This document shows, in pieces, positions 21,205 through 31,226 of a stretch of 64,000 nt of DNA. The notes beneath the pieces are model-generated. The model did not search any database. It had not been told where the DNA came from and saw only the letters and a list, made by a program, of their open reading frames with translations. Position numbers and translations under genes: made by a program. The DNA comes from Promethearchaeota archaeon (GTDB lineage Archaea; Asgardarchaeota; Lokiarchaeia; Sigyniarchaeales; SOKP01), in contig JAEOTA010000073.1 of the NCBI GenBank assembly GCA_016840085.1, positions 47,566-111,565 on the forward strand, read 5' to 3'. Every line of letters starts with the position of its first letter. The stretch's first letter is position 1.

Positions 21205-22470
21205 ATGAATACTATTCCGAATAATAATATTGGCCATGATAAAACTCAGAAGATTGCAAAGGATTCCCCAAGTTCTTCAAAGATTCTTGAATCAATAATT
21301 TATTTATTGTTTCTGTTAGGTCCTTTGACTGGAAATGTTATTAATGTCTTGTTCCATGTACTTTCCCAAGAGTTCCATGTAAGTACCGAAGATATTTTAA
21401 TTGCCATTCCAGCGTTTATGTTTCCATTTGCGATAACTCAACTTTTCTCTGGTTCAATTTCTGATATTAAAGGTCGAATTCCAGTATTAATTTTAGGATT
21501 AGCTTTGTTTGGAATAGCAATGATTTTAGCAGCCTTATCAATTAATTTAGCGATGTACGCTATTGCCAATGTATTGGGAGGAATAGGATTTGGTTTTATC
21601 AATCCAATCTTGATTGCATTAATGACAGATATAACCACACCACCAAATATTCCAAAAAAGATGGGATATCTTGGAGCAAGTGCAGCTCTTGGTGTTGGTT
21701 TAGGTCCTTTTATTGCTTCTCAAATGATTTTAATAGGTTGGCGGTCAATTTATATATTATTTATTATTATAACCTTTTCCTGTCTAATTTATTTTATAAT
21801 AGCAAAAAAGCCTCCTCAAAAAATACCAGAAGAATCAGGAATTCGTGTTTTACTAACACAACTATCAGTAGAGTGGCGTCGTGCAGTAGTTATTTTAATG
21901 ATATTATCTGCATTTCTAATTGCATACACCTATATTGCAATAAACATATGGACTTCAAGAGAGCTTGCGGGCATTGTTGAAGAAAGTTTTACAGGGGTAA
22001 TTTTAGGTTTAGGAGGAGTTGGAGGGGCGATAATGGGGGCTTTAACAGGATTCTTAATTAAAAAGAAGAGTGTAAAGATGCCTTTTATAATAGGTTCAGT
22101 ATTATTATTAAGCTCATTAGCAATCTTATTAACAATTGGTGATATAACTCGTTCAGAAGTCTTTATCATTTTAGCAATAGGATGGATAGTAGCAGGATTG
22201 TCAGGAGGCATTCTATTTCCATTAGTAACATATTATAGTCAAGTACTCTCACCAGAAAGACGAGGTGCTCTTGCTGGTTCGGTTACAGCAAGCTATTTTG
22301 TAGGAATTGCATTAGTTCCAATAATTTTAGTACCTTTTTCTGATAATTTTGGAATTACAGGAGTTTATTTAGCAATTTTAGTGATATCATTGGTTTTCAT
22401 AATGGTATTTGGATTGTTATACCTATCGGCTAAAAGCTTACTTTTAGAAAGAGGTAAATCTATACATTAA
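21205..22470 (+). CDS. MFS transporter
   Basis: GSISDIKGR motif A; about 12 TMs. Confidence 0.88.
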   Translation: MNTIPNNNIGHDKTQKIAKDSPSSSKILESIIYLLFLLGPLTGNVINVLFHVLSQEFHVSTEDILIAIPAFMFPFAITQLFSGSISDIKGRIPVLILGLALFGIAMILAALSINLAMYAIANVLGGIGFGFINPILIALMTDITTPPNIPKKMGYLGASAALGVGLGPFIASQMILIGWRSIYILFIIITFSCLIYFIIAKKPPQKIPEESGIRVLLTQLSVEWRRAVVILMILSAFLIAYTYIAINIWTSRELAGIVEESFTGVILGLGGVGGAIMGALTGFLIKKKSVKMPFIIGSVLLLSSLAILLTIGDITRSEVFIILAIGWIVAGLSGGILFPLVTYYSQVLSPERRGALAGSVTASYFVGIALVPIILVPFSDNFGITGVYLAILVISLVFIMVFGLLYLSAKSLLLERGKSIH

Positions 22471-22676
22471 TCCTATTATCACTTTAAAATTTATCTTTAA
22501 TGCTTTTTCCTTTTATAGCTAATTATTCTTTTTCATTAGTTCTACATTCTTTATCAAGTTCTTTTTATAACTCATAATCAGAAATATTGTTATCATTCAC
22601 ATGGATAAAAGAATAATAAGAAAATGTAAAATCTGTTATATATCAGATTGAATTAAATAGTTATAAATTATAAAGT

Positions 22677-23003
22677 CTAAGCTTTTATCATTGTCAGCAT
22701 CATTTTAAACGGTTTTAAAGCTTTTAGAGCATGTGGTTCATTTGCTGGCATTAAAATCATTTGTCCTTGTACTAAGATGAATTTTTCATTGGATATAGTA
22801 ATTTCAACTTTTCCATCGAATACATAAACTAATGCATCAAAAGGAGCTGTGTGTTCACTTAAACCTTCACCCTCATCAAAAGAAAACAGGGTAACTATAC
22901 CAACATTCTTATCAATTAAAGTTCTGCTAACAACAGAGCCTTTCTGGTAATCTAACATATTCTCTAAAGTTGAAACTTGAGTTAAATCATTTTTTTCACT
23001 CAT
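22677..23003 (-). CDS. cupin domain protein
   Basis: FDEGEGLSEHTAP, MPANEPHAL. Confidence 0.9.
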   Translation of the reverse strand: MSEKNDLTQVSTLENMLDYQKGSVVSRTLIDKNVGIVTLFSFDEGEGLSEHTAPFDALVYVFDGKVEITISNEKFILVQGQMILMPANEPHALKALKPFKMMLTMIKA

Positions 23004-23170
23004 ACAGTCTTCACTTCATTAGGATAAATTTTATTAACTTTAATAGAGAAAAATGCTATATAAGGTTAAACTAGAACATGTTAACAAGAACGAAGATTTT
23101 CCTAATATAAATTAGAAAAGGTGAAACAAAGCAAGAAAATTAATTAAAAATATTTAAAGCATCAGGAAGA

Positions 23171-23737
23171 TTATTCAAATGTTGAACTTAATCTCCATTC
23201 TCTCCCGCAGGAACCACATTTGTATTTCTTTCCATACATACGGGGATAATCACAAATCAGATGAGTTCTATCTACTATTTCATGTATTTGCATTTTATTG
23301 GTGTTTCCACAAATAGGACATTCTCTTCGAGAAGCTCCCTCTACTATTGGTTTTTTAGCAAAATCAGGAGGAGCTTTTTCAAAAAGAAATTCTTTCATCT
23401 CCTTTAAAGGTGTTTCAATTGTTCTTTCTTTCTCCATTTCCTCAAATTGAGAATCTAAGATTATCGGTTTTACTTCCTTCTTTACGTCTTTAAATATTTT
23501 AGTAGGTTTCTCAACTTCTTTTAGAGGTTTAACTGAAATGGTTGTCTTAGCTTCAATTTCTGTAGGCTTTTCTCTTAGAGTCGTGTCTGCTTTTTCTACA
23601 TGAGTAATCTTTTCTTGCAATAAAGAATTTTCCTGCTCTAATTTGGCAATTCTCAATTTTAAGTTTTGATTCTCATACTTCAATCTCTCAATTTTTTTTT
23701 TATATTCTACATGAGATTTTTCCTTGATTTCAGTCAT
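23171..23737 (-). CDS. coiled-coil + C-terminal zinc-ribbon protein
   Basis: N-terminal heptads (IERLKYENQNLKLRIAKLEQEN), charged linker, CPICG...YKCGSCGREW. Confidence 0.75.
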   Translation of the reverse strand: MTEIKEKSHVEYKKKIERLKYENQNLKLRIAKLEQENSLLQEKITHVEKADTTLREKPTEIEAKTTISVKPLKEVEKPTKIFKDVKKEVKPIILDSQFEEMEKERTIETPLKEMKEFLFEKAPPDFAKKPIVEGASRRECPICGNTNKMQIHEIVDRTHLICDYPRMYGKKYKCGSCGREWRLSSTFE

Positions 23738-23939
23738 TATAATTATCTTTGCAATTTTTAATTTTTTTTAAGTTGTTAAATATATATTAAATTTCTTTTA
23801 TCAAAATAATAGAGCTCAAATTAAAAAACTTAAGGAAATTTAAATAAACAAATATTTAAAAACAAGTACGAGGATTCGAGAACTCAATTCTAAAAAAAGA
23901 TTTTTAAGTTTTCAATTTATTTATTTTTATATTATTAGT

Positions 23940-24824
23940 ATGTACTTTTGGGAGAGTGTAATGAAATTATATAATATTAGCGAAAAAGGAGAATTAAATG
24001 AATTAGATGAATTAGATTTTGAGGAAATCGATGTTTATCTTGTTGATGATGAGGAAAGAAATACAATATATATTTGGGTAGGACTTAAGGTACCTCAAGA
24101 TAAAAAGGATATCACAGCGGATATTGCAAGAAAAATAGATAAAGAACGTGGAGGATCAGCAAAAATACTAATTATGAAGCAAAAAAGAGAATATGGTTCA
24201 TTTTTAGCTATGATGCATGATCTCAGAAGAGGTCGAATTCCAGGTAAGACAATCGAGCGAAGACCAGAACTTGTTTTGAAGAAACCATCAGAACTTATTC
24301 AACCTTCTATCAAAAAAGAACCCGAAAAAGATAAAAAACTTGCTCACGCTTTTATCCCAATCGAATCCGTTAAAGAGTATAAAGCTCTAAGTGAAATAAA
24401 AATTACACCTGAGATGCGAATAGAAAAATGGTTAACACAACTCAAAAAATATAGAAGTTTTAAGCCAGAAAAAGCAATTGAAGAAGAAAGAGAACAAGAG
24501 GAACTAGAAAAATTAGTGAAACCAGAAGTACTGGAAGAACCCGAAGAATTGAAGGAGACTGACTTAAAAAATCAGGTTAAAGAAGCTGCTTATTATCTTT
24601 CTCAGAATGGATACACCTATGATGAACTTTGCTGGTTATTAGCAGAATTAATCCAGAAAACGAACCTTGAAATGCCTTCAATTGAAGATATAAGAGAAAA
24701 AGCAGAAGAAGTGTTTAATTCAGGTTGTAATTACGATGAGCTCTGTTGGCTCATCTCGGAGATGGACATACTAACTAGAGAAAGCTTACTTGAAGAAAAG
24801 AAGCGAAAGATGTTTCAATACTAG
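23940..24824 (+). CDS. single gelsolin-like domain protein with C-terminal duplicated YDxLCW module
   Basis: DVYLVDD..TIYIWVG...ARKID..RGG..KI...Q..E...F is a gelsolin-like core; C-terminus has two AYYL/AEEV..YDELCWL(L/I)(A/S)E repeats. Confidence 0.85.
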   Translation: MYFWESVMKLYNISEKGELNELDELDFEEIDVYLVDDEERNTIYIWVGLKVPQDKKDITADIARKIDKERGGSAKILIMKQKREYGSFLAMMHDLRRGRIPGKTIERRPELVLKKPSELIQPSIKKEPEKDKKLAHAFIPIESVKEYKALSEIKITPEMRIEKWLTQLKKYRSFKPEKAIEEEREQEELEKLVKPEVLEEPEELKETDLKNQVKEAAYYLSQNGYTYDELCWLLAELIQKTNLEMPSIEDIREKAEEVFNSGCNYDELCWLISEMDILTRESLLEEKKRKMFQY

Positions 24825-24975
24825 AATTTGTTGTAAGTATAAGGTAACAAAATAAAATTTTTCTTAAAATTAGAATTTTAAACAAGCAAATTCTATCTTA
24901 TTTAGTAAAAGCCATATTTTTAAATACATATATATATTTATTTAAAGATAAAATCTACAAAAAGAGGTAATAATA

Positions 24976-25593
24976 TTGGCAAATAATGAAGAATTAAGTG
25001 ATGAAGTATTTTGGAAAAACAAGATTAAAGAACATTGGAAAACATTTGCGATCATGATTGCAGCTGGAATTTGTGTGATGATCGGTGCACTATTAGTAGT
25101 GATTTGGTTTATTGAAACCTCTACTCTTGGTGGCATGGGTGAATGGACTTTCAATGATTGGACGTTAAACTATGTTGTTGGTTTCATTATCTTGATAATT
25201 TTATGGGAGCTATTGTTTGTGGGTATTCCAACGGGATTATTTTTTGGCATTGGTGGGTATTTATGGTGGCGTAGATTACCTGATGAAGAGAAGCAAGAAT
25301 TTAAAGATCGAGATAAAAAAGAAAAGGAACATAAAGGTTTAAAAACGGGTGGAGGCGGTGGTGGATTTGGACTCGTTATGTTTATTGCTTTCTGCATGTA
25401 TGTAGCAATTGATGGGAAATATAACACTAAATTCGGTGCTCTCAATCAATTCGGTGATCCCATTATGCCATATAGTTATTTCATTTATTCTTGGTTGCTA
25501 ACATTTATGTGGATGATAATAGTTCTTGGTATTCCAGCGGGAATAGTTCTTCTAATTGTATATTTTACAGTTTGGAGAAAAAAAACAGTATAA
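24976..25593 (+). CDS. hypothetical membrane protein
   Basis: About 4 TMs with a charged loop and poly-Gly; GAGGT SD with TTG start. Confidence 0.7.
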   Translation: MANNEELSDEVFWKNKIKEHWKTFAIMIAAGICVMIGALLVVIWFIETSTLGGMGEWTFNDWTLNYVVGFIILIILWELLFVGIPTGLFFGIGGYLWWRRLPDEEKQEFKDRDKKEKEHKGLKTGGGGGGFGLVMFIAFCMYVAIDGKYNTKFGALNQFGDPIMPYSYFIYSWLLTFMWMIIVLGIPAGIVLLIVYFTVWRKKTV

Positions 25594-25662
25594 AAAATAA
25601 TTTTTTTTCTTTTTCTTAAATCTAGTAATAACTTCAAATTAAAGAAAGTAGTAATGAAAGAT

Positions 25663-27963
25663 TTATTCTATAATTGGCTGAAATATGTTTTTTTCTATTA
25701 AATCCATAATGCTATCAATATCTTTTGGTGAACATGTTTTTTCAGGCAATAATGATGCTATATAAAAATAATTTTTCTTAGTTTGCTTCATAAATAAGAG
25801 TGCTTTATTGATATAAATTCTTTCTTCCTGTTTGATTTTAATTTTTTCTGAACTTGCTTTTGTAGCTAATTTAAGTGGATATATAAATGTTATATTAAGA
25901 TGCTCTCGCAACAATCCTTCTATTCCTTTAAAGGCTTTAATATCTCCGTTGAACTCATCTACTAGATTACCGTATTCTTTATAAATATCATAAGCTAAGT
26001 CTTCTAATGAATACAAAAAATTTTTTGAGGGAGATTCACTCATAATCAAAATTAATCTAAGATTTACAAATTCTGTCATTAAAACAATTGAATTTGCATA
26101 ATCTAGTTTGATAGTTTGAGACCGATCGTCAACTTTAATTAACTCAATTCCAAACTGGTGAATTGCCTGTAAAAATCCTGATATGAGTGTACCGTTCATC
26201 TCTTTTCCTGTGAATTTTTGTTCATACACATTTAATCCTGATTTCTTATCAGCGACCATAAGGTAATCCAGATTTAAAATATCCATGCATTTTTTAAAGA
26301 TTTTTTGCGCTTCCTCTGCACGTTTAATTCTCAAAGATCTAACTAATCTGTATGAAACAAAACCCGTTAATGTTGCGCCTACTGAAGCCACTACAATTAA
26401 TATGATTAACCATGGATTTATAGGAGCTCGAGATGTAGGTTCCGAGGGAGGTGCCTCAGGAATAGAAATTGAGAATACTTGAGATTGAACACCCGCATCT
26501 GTATTATTATTCCAATAAACTTTAGCAATATAAGTTCCATTAAGGTAAGTTGATGGTATATCGAATGTAAAAACTATTTCTTCAGAGATAACTTTTTTTA
26601 CTTCGATAATTTTAGAAAAACCTAACGTATTAATTAATACAAATGTAAGATTGCCTTGTATAATTGGGGGTTTAACAGAAAATTGCATTTGTTTTTCTAT
26701 CTCCCATTCAGTATTTGGAAAAATTAAATTAAAATTAAAATTGGGAGAATTTGCTGTAATTTTCCACTCTGCTCCTTCTTTTATTGTGCTATTAGTTATG
26801 ATAATGAAGTGATTTGCTTCATTTATGTTTACATTTGAAGTTATATTCTCCCATCCCTCTCCTAACTTTCTAAATACTGCTAAATTATTCCAATTTCGTG
26901 GATAATCAAATTTAACGGAAGTATCACCGTTATATCTAGTAATCATAGGAGTAAGGGTCCATTCATTATTTATATTCTCTTCAACTAAAACAACACCGTT
27001 TGATAAAAAGATATTATCTAAATTAATAGTATAATTTAAATTGAAATTTAATTCTACTGAAAGGTTATTGTTGATTGGGAGAGTAAGAATTGCCTCATCA
27101 AGGGAATATGATAAGCCTGAATGATTTAGATGTCCTGTACCCATGATGGGGCCATCCCAAACTTTATGAGATTCCCCATGTATTTCTACTGTTAAATTAA
27201 TACTCTCTGGATTATAAGTTGTATCTGTCTTTTGAATTAATTTATGTAAAAAAACTCTATTTTGTTCACCAGTTTGCCATGATCCACTTTTATATTCCCA
27301 ACTAAATAAATCAGGATATTTAGGATTAAAATCATTATTAAACCAGCGATAATAGGGCTGTGGAGCCTGACCTATCTTAGTACCATTTAAAACTAAACAA
27401 TAATTTCCAATAGGGAGATTAATAGGAGATGGAAAAATTTGCTTATACCAATTGAGATTTGGGGTGACATTAATTTCAATTTGGGAATCAGGTATTATGT
27501 TAGTAGGTTCTTGTAAGATTGAGCTATAATTATTTAATTGCACAAAAATTCCTGTAAACATAGTAGGAGCTCTGTGGATGTACATTTCAACACCATAAAG
27601 AGTTGTAGGTTTAGAAATATTGATTTGTACTGCTAAACCGTGACAAAATTTATCAACAGTTAAAACAGATGTGTCATTGTTTTCTATTGTATTAATTTCA
27701 CGTTCTAGTTTTATATCAGTAAAATTTAACTCAATATCAGTAATAGTCCAATTTGAACTAGGAATATCGATATTTATTGAACTTATATTAGATTTTTTGT
27801 CATTTAATTCTAAGAATTCATTCATTTCAAATTTTGAATTAATTGGTAAGGAATCACCATTTACTTGAGCGTGAGATAGATTTACGATTTGAAATAGGCT
27901 TAATAGTAAAATTGAAGTAAAAATAGCAGTGAGACCAAAAATTTTTCTATTTGTTTTTATCAC
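25663..27963 (-). CDS. single-pass membrane protein: signal peptide, large beta-rich ectodomain, TM, cytoplasmic longin-like domain
   Basis: N-terminal signal-like segment; many NxS/T sequons; Pro-rich stalk; TM PWLIILIVVASVGATLTGFVSY; then LDYLMVADKKSGLNVY..LISGFLQAIHQFG..LRLILIM. Confidence 0.8.
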   Translation of the reverse strand: MIKTNRKIFGLTAIFTSILLLSLFQIVNLSHAQVNGDSLPINSKFEMNEFLELNDKKSNISSINIDIPSSNWTITDIELNFTDIKLEREINTIENNDTSVLTVDKFCHGLAVQINISKPTTLYGVEMYIHRAPTMFTGIFVQLNNYSSILQEPTNIIPDSQIEINVTPNLNWYKQIFPSPINLPIGNYCLVLNGTKIGQAPQPYYRWFNNDFNPKYPDLFSWEYKSGSWQTGEQNRVFLHKLIQKTDTTYNPESINLTVEIHGESHKVWDGPIMGTGHLNHSGLSYSLDEAILTLPINNNLSVELNFNLNYTINLDNIFLSNGVVLVEENINNEWTLTPMITRYNGDTSVKFDYPRNWNNLAVFRKLGEGWENITSNVNINEANHFIIITNSTIKEGAEWKITANSPNFNFNLIFPNTEWEIEKQMQFSVKPPIIQGNLTFVLINTLGFSKIIEVKKVISEEIVFTFDIPSTYLNGTYIAKVYWNNNTDAGVQSQVFSISIPEAPPSEPTSRAPINPWLIILIVVASVGATLTGFVSYRLVRSLRIKRAEEAQKIFKKCMDILNLDYLMVADKKSGLNVYEQKFTGKEMNGTLISGFLQAIHQFGIELIKVDDRSQTIKLDYANSIVLMTEFVNLRLILIMSESPSKNFLYSLEDLAYDIYKEYGNLVDEFNGDIKAFKGIEGLLREHLNITFIYPLKLATKASSEKIKIKQEERIYINKALLFMKQTKKNYFYIASLLPEKTCSPKDIDSIMDLIEKNIFQPIIE

Positions 27964-28048
27964 TTTTCCATCAATACTACTTTTATTATATATAATTATA
28001 CCAAATTGTCTCCTTTTATTTCACACAACCAATTATGGAATTAATTAG

Positions 28049-28296
28049 AGTGAAAAAATATAAATGATTATTTTATAATTTATTGAAATTGTAACCTATA
28101 GTTTTTGTCTTATCTAATATATTCTTTATAGGTCTCTCTATAAAGAAATTTATACTATTTATATTTTTGTCAAGTGAACAAATATAAATGATTATTTTAT
28201 AATTTATTGAAATTGTAACCTATAATTTTTGTCTTATCTAATATATTCTTTATAGACATCTCTATAAAGAAATTTATACTATTTATATTTTTGTCA
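28049..28296. repeat. 124-bp tandem duplication (2 copies, about 5 mismatches), each containing a TTCTTTATAG-N6-CTATAAAGAA dyad
   Basis: Copy 1 at 28049..28172 and copy 2 at 28173..28296, read directly from the sequence. Confidence 0.92.
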
Positions 28297-28518
28297 AAAA
28301 AATAAAAAAATTCATAACTAAAATTCTTCAAGTAAATTGAAGAATTATTGGTGTTTAGTGAATTCAATTCAAATTTAAACTTAAGTTATATTCAAATAAC
28401 TAGATCTATGTATTGCTTCTCAATGGATTAAGATTAATATTTTATTATAGGTTTAACCTTTTTTAATTTAGCAATATAGATCTATTAAATAAATTATTCT
28501 ATTGTAAAGTGAAATAAA

Positions 28519-29805
28519 ATGATAAGAAGAACAACTGAAGGGATGCGAGATTGGTTTGGTATGTTTCCATCAGTGACATTTGGTGCTGGAAAATGCCATT
28601 TGATAGGCAGCATGGCTAATACAGGTGTAATTGAAACTAAAGACGGACTTGTAATATTTGATCTCCCTATAAAACAATTTGCAGAAAGAACGTTCAGAGA
28701 AGTTAGAAAACGCACAAATAAACAGGTGAAATACATAATATATTCTCATGGTCATTTTGATCATGCATTTGGGTTTGCACCTTTTATAGAAGAGATTAAG
28801 GAGAAAGGGTGGGAAATACCGCAAATAATTGCCCATGAAAATTGTATAAAACGATTTGAAAAATACAAAATGCTAGATAACTATCATAATTGGATAAATA
28901 AGATGCAATTCGCTTCCGTAGCAGGAAGAAGACAAGGACTCCTTGTTACTGCTCTTGAAACCTTAGAACCTACTATAATTCTTAAAGGTAATGAAGATTC
29001 CTATTTTTTTAAGTTAGGGGATATAAATTTTGAGATATATCATGATAAAGGAGAAACTGATGATTCAATTTGGCTATGGGTTCCTGAGAAGAAGACCATC
29101 TGCACGGGAGATTTATTTATATCCTCATTTCCCAATATTGGTAATCCCTATAAAGTTCAACGTTACCCTAAAGGCTGGGCTATAGCGATGGAAAAAATGA
29201 TGGAAAAAGAACCTGAATATTTAGCTCCGGGTCATGGTCCTTTAATTGAAGGTAAAGAAAAGGTTAGGGACTCATTATTAATTACAGCTGAAGCTATGCA
29301 TTTTGTTCATGATGAGGTGGTGAAAAGATTAAATGAAGGGAAATGGTTTGAGCAAATATTTCATGAAATGATGGAAATCTTTCCTGATAAATTCAAGGAC
29401 CATGAGATGTTGAGACCTATGTATGGATGTTATCGCTTTGCTATACATGCAGCTTATCGTCTTTATCATGGTTGGTATAATAGTGGAAACCCTACTGATC
29501 TTTTCCCATCAAAGTCAAAGGATATTGCAAAAGAATTTCTGAAAATTAATTCTGAAGAAAAGTATCTAGACCATGCAAAAAGAATTTATAATGAAGGAAA
29601 ATTACAATTAGCCCTTCATATCCTTGATGTAATAGTTAATGGTAGAGATAATACAAATAATAATATTCTTTTAGAAGCGTTGAAATTGAAATTTGAAATT
29701 TTAAGACAAAAATCGAATGAGGAAACATCATTTATTGCTGCCAATATTATAGATAATGCTGCTCTTCAAATTAAAAATAGAATAAAAGAAAAGGAAAAAA
29801 AATAG
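28519..29805 (+). CDS. alkyl/aryl sulfatase-like MBL-fold hydrolase (SdsA-type)
   Basis: YSHGHFDH, GETDD, TGDLF..SFPNIGNP, PGHGP, Y..Y.GWY..GNP dimerisation segment. Confidence 0.85.
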   Translation: MIRRTTEGMRDWFGMFPSVTFGAGKCHLIGSMANTGVIETKDGLVIFDLPIKQFAERTFREVRKRTNKQVKYIIYSHGHFDHAFGFAPFIEEIKEKGWEIPQIIAHENCIKRFEKYKMLDNYHNWINKMQFASVAGRRQGLLVTALETLEPTIILKGNEDSYFFKLGDINFEIYHDKGETDDSIWLWVPEKKTICTGDLFISSFPNIGNPYKVQRYPKGWAIAMEKMMEKEPEYLAPGHGPLIEGKEKVRDSLLITAEAMHFVHDEVVKRLNEGKWFEQIFHEMMEIFPDKFKDHEMLRPMYGCYRFAIHAAYRLYHGWYNSGNPTDLFPSKSKDIAKEFLKINSEEKYLDHAKRIYNEGKLQLALHILDVIVNGRDNTNNNILLEALKLKFEILRQKSNEETSFIAANIIDNAALQIKNRIKEKEKK

Positions 29806-29834
29806 AAGTATTTTTATATTTTTTTATTTTACAA

Positions 29835-31145
29835 TTAGCGTTCTTTTGGCATTGCTGTTATTGTTTTATCTTCAGGTTCAGGTATAAATTGAAGTACAAT
29901 AAAAACGCCGATAAATGCAATTAAACTTAAAAGCATTCCCATACCTAATGCATGGAGTGATACTAAAGGATTAGCTAACCTTTCTGCAGATGTTGTATAG
30001 GGATTTAGAGCATCAGAAATCATTCCTACCATAAAACCTCCAAAACTTGCACCTCGTGCCATTGAAAAAATGATTGAATTAGCAGAAGCTCTAATTTCAG
30101 TATCATATAATTCAGAAGACCATACTCCAAAAATTCCATGCAAAGCAAAACCAATTGTAATAACTCCAGCTGCGATAATAATAATTATGAAATTAAAATA
30201 TGGAAACGCAAATATAGCAAATAATACTCCCCCCGTAATACCAATTATATTGTCTACTAAAAATGCTTTTTTCCTACCAATATAATCACTTAATAAACCA
30301 AACGAAAATAACATGACAGCAGCAATTACCATATAAATTAACATAATTATCAAAGCAGTACTTGCTGGATCTGAAAAACCGGCATTTGTAAAGAGATACT
30401 CGAAAAACACTGGTGCAAAATCTACTAACGTGTGATAGGCCATCTCTGCAAACCAGAAAAGTAACGTTAATAAAATAGTTAATTTTAGCCATTTTTTACC
30501 AAAAACTTCTTTTATCCTTAGTTTTTGTTTTTTCTGTTGTTCTTTAATAGTTTTATCATATTCAGACCAGATCTCTGATTCTGGTAAGGCAACCCAAAAT
30601 AAAATGAGAAATGGAATAGGGAATAGAGCTGTAAGAAAACAATATTGCCAGCCTAGTGGTCCAATGATTAATGTTGTAACTATCGCGGCAATATAACCTA
30701 TTACAAAAGTGGAGTGAACTAAGCCACCAGCAGCACCCCTCTTTTGTGATGAAAAATACTCGGAAATTATAGAGAATGAAATCCCCCAACTTACACCAAG
30801 TCCAGATAACATTCTTAATAGGGCAAAAAGAATAAAACCATTTCTAGGGACAAATGCGGTGGAAGCAGAAAAAATAGCATCCCACGCTATCGAAAGTATT
30901 AATGCTTTTTTGCGTCCAAATCTGTCACCTAACTCACCAAATAATATTGCTCCTGGCACTGTACAAACGAATTGTAATGAAATCACTAATCCTATGGCGG
31001 CATCTCCCACATTAAAGTAAGTTTTTATTCTTTGAGCAAGTGTACTTATTAGAACAAGTGAGTAGCCATCATGCATCCAGGCAATTATCGCAGCTAAAAC
31101 AACAACTAACATAATACCTTTCGAATAAGATTTTTCTTCACTCAT
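29835..31145 (-). CDS. MFS transporter (sugar/organic anion type)
   Basis: GELGDRFGRK and GLLSDYIGRK motifs; SELY..EIRA. Confidence 0.9.
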   Translation of the reverse strand: MSEEKSYSKGIMLVVVLAAIIAWMHDGYSLVLISTLAQRIKTYFNVGDAAIGLVISLQFVCTVPGAILFGELGDRFGRKKALILSIAWDAIFSASTAFVPRNGFILFALLRMLSGLGVSWGISFSIISEYFSSQKRGAAGGLVHSTFVIGYIAAIVTTLIIGPLGWQYCFLTALFPIPFLILFWVALPESEIWSEYDKTIKEQQKKQKLRIKEVFGKKWLKLTILLTLLFWFAEMAYHTLVDFAPVFFEYLFTNAGFSDPASTALIIMLIYMVIAAVMLFSFGLLSDYIGRKKAFLVDNIIGITGGVLFAIFAFPYFNFIIIIIAAGVITIGFALHGIFGVWSSELYDTEIRASANSIIFSMARGASFGGFMVGMISDALNPYTTSAERLANPLVSLHALGMGMLLSLIAFIGVFIVLQFIPEPEDKTITAMPKER

Positions 31146-31226
31146 TTAAAAGCTCCTCTTTATTGAAAATTATTATATTGAATAGTTAAATATAACCTCT
31201 TCATATATTTAAAATTATAAAAAAAT

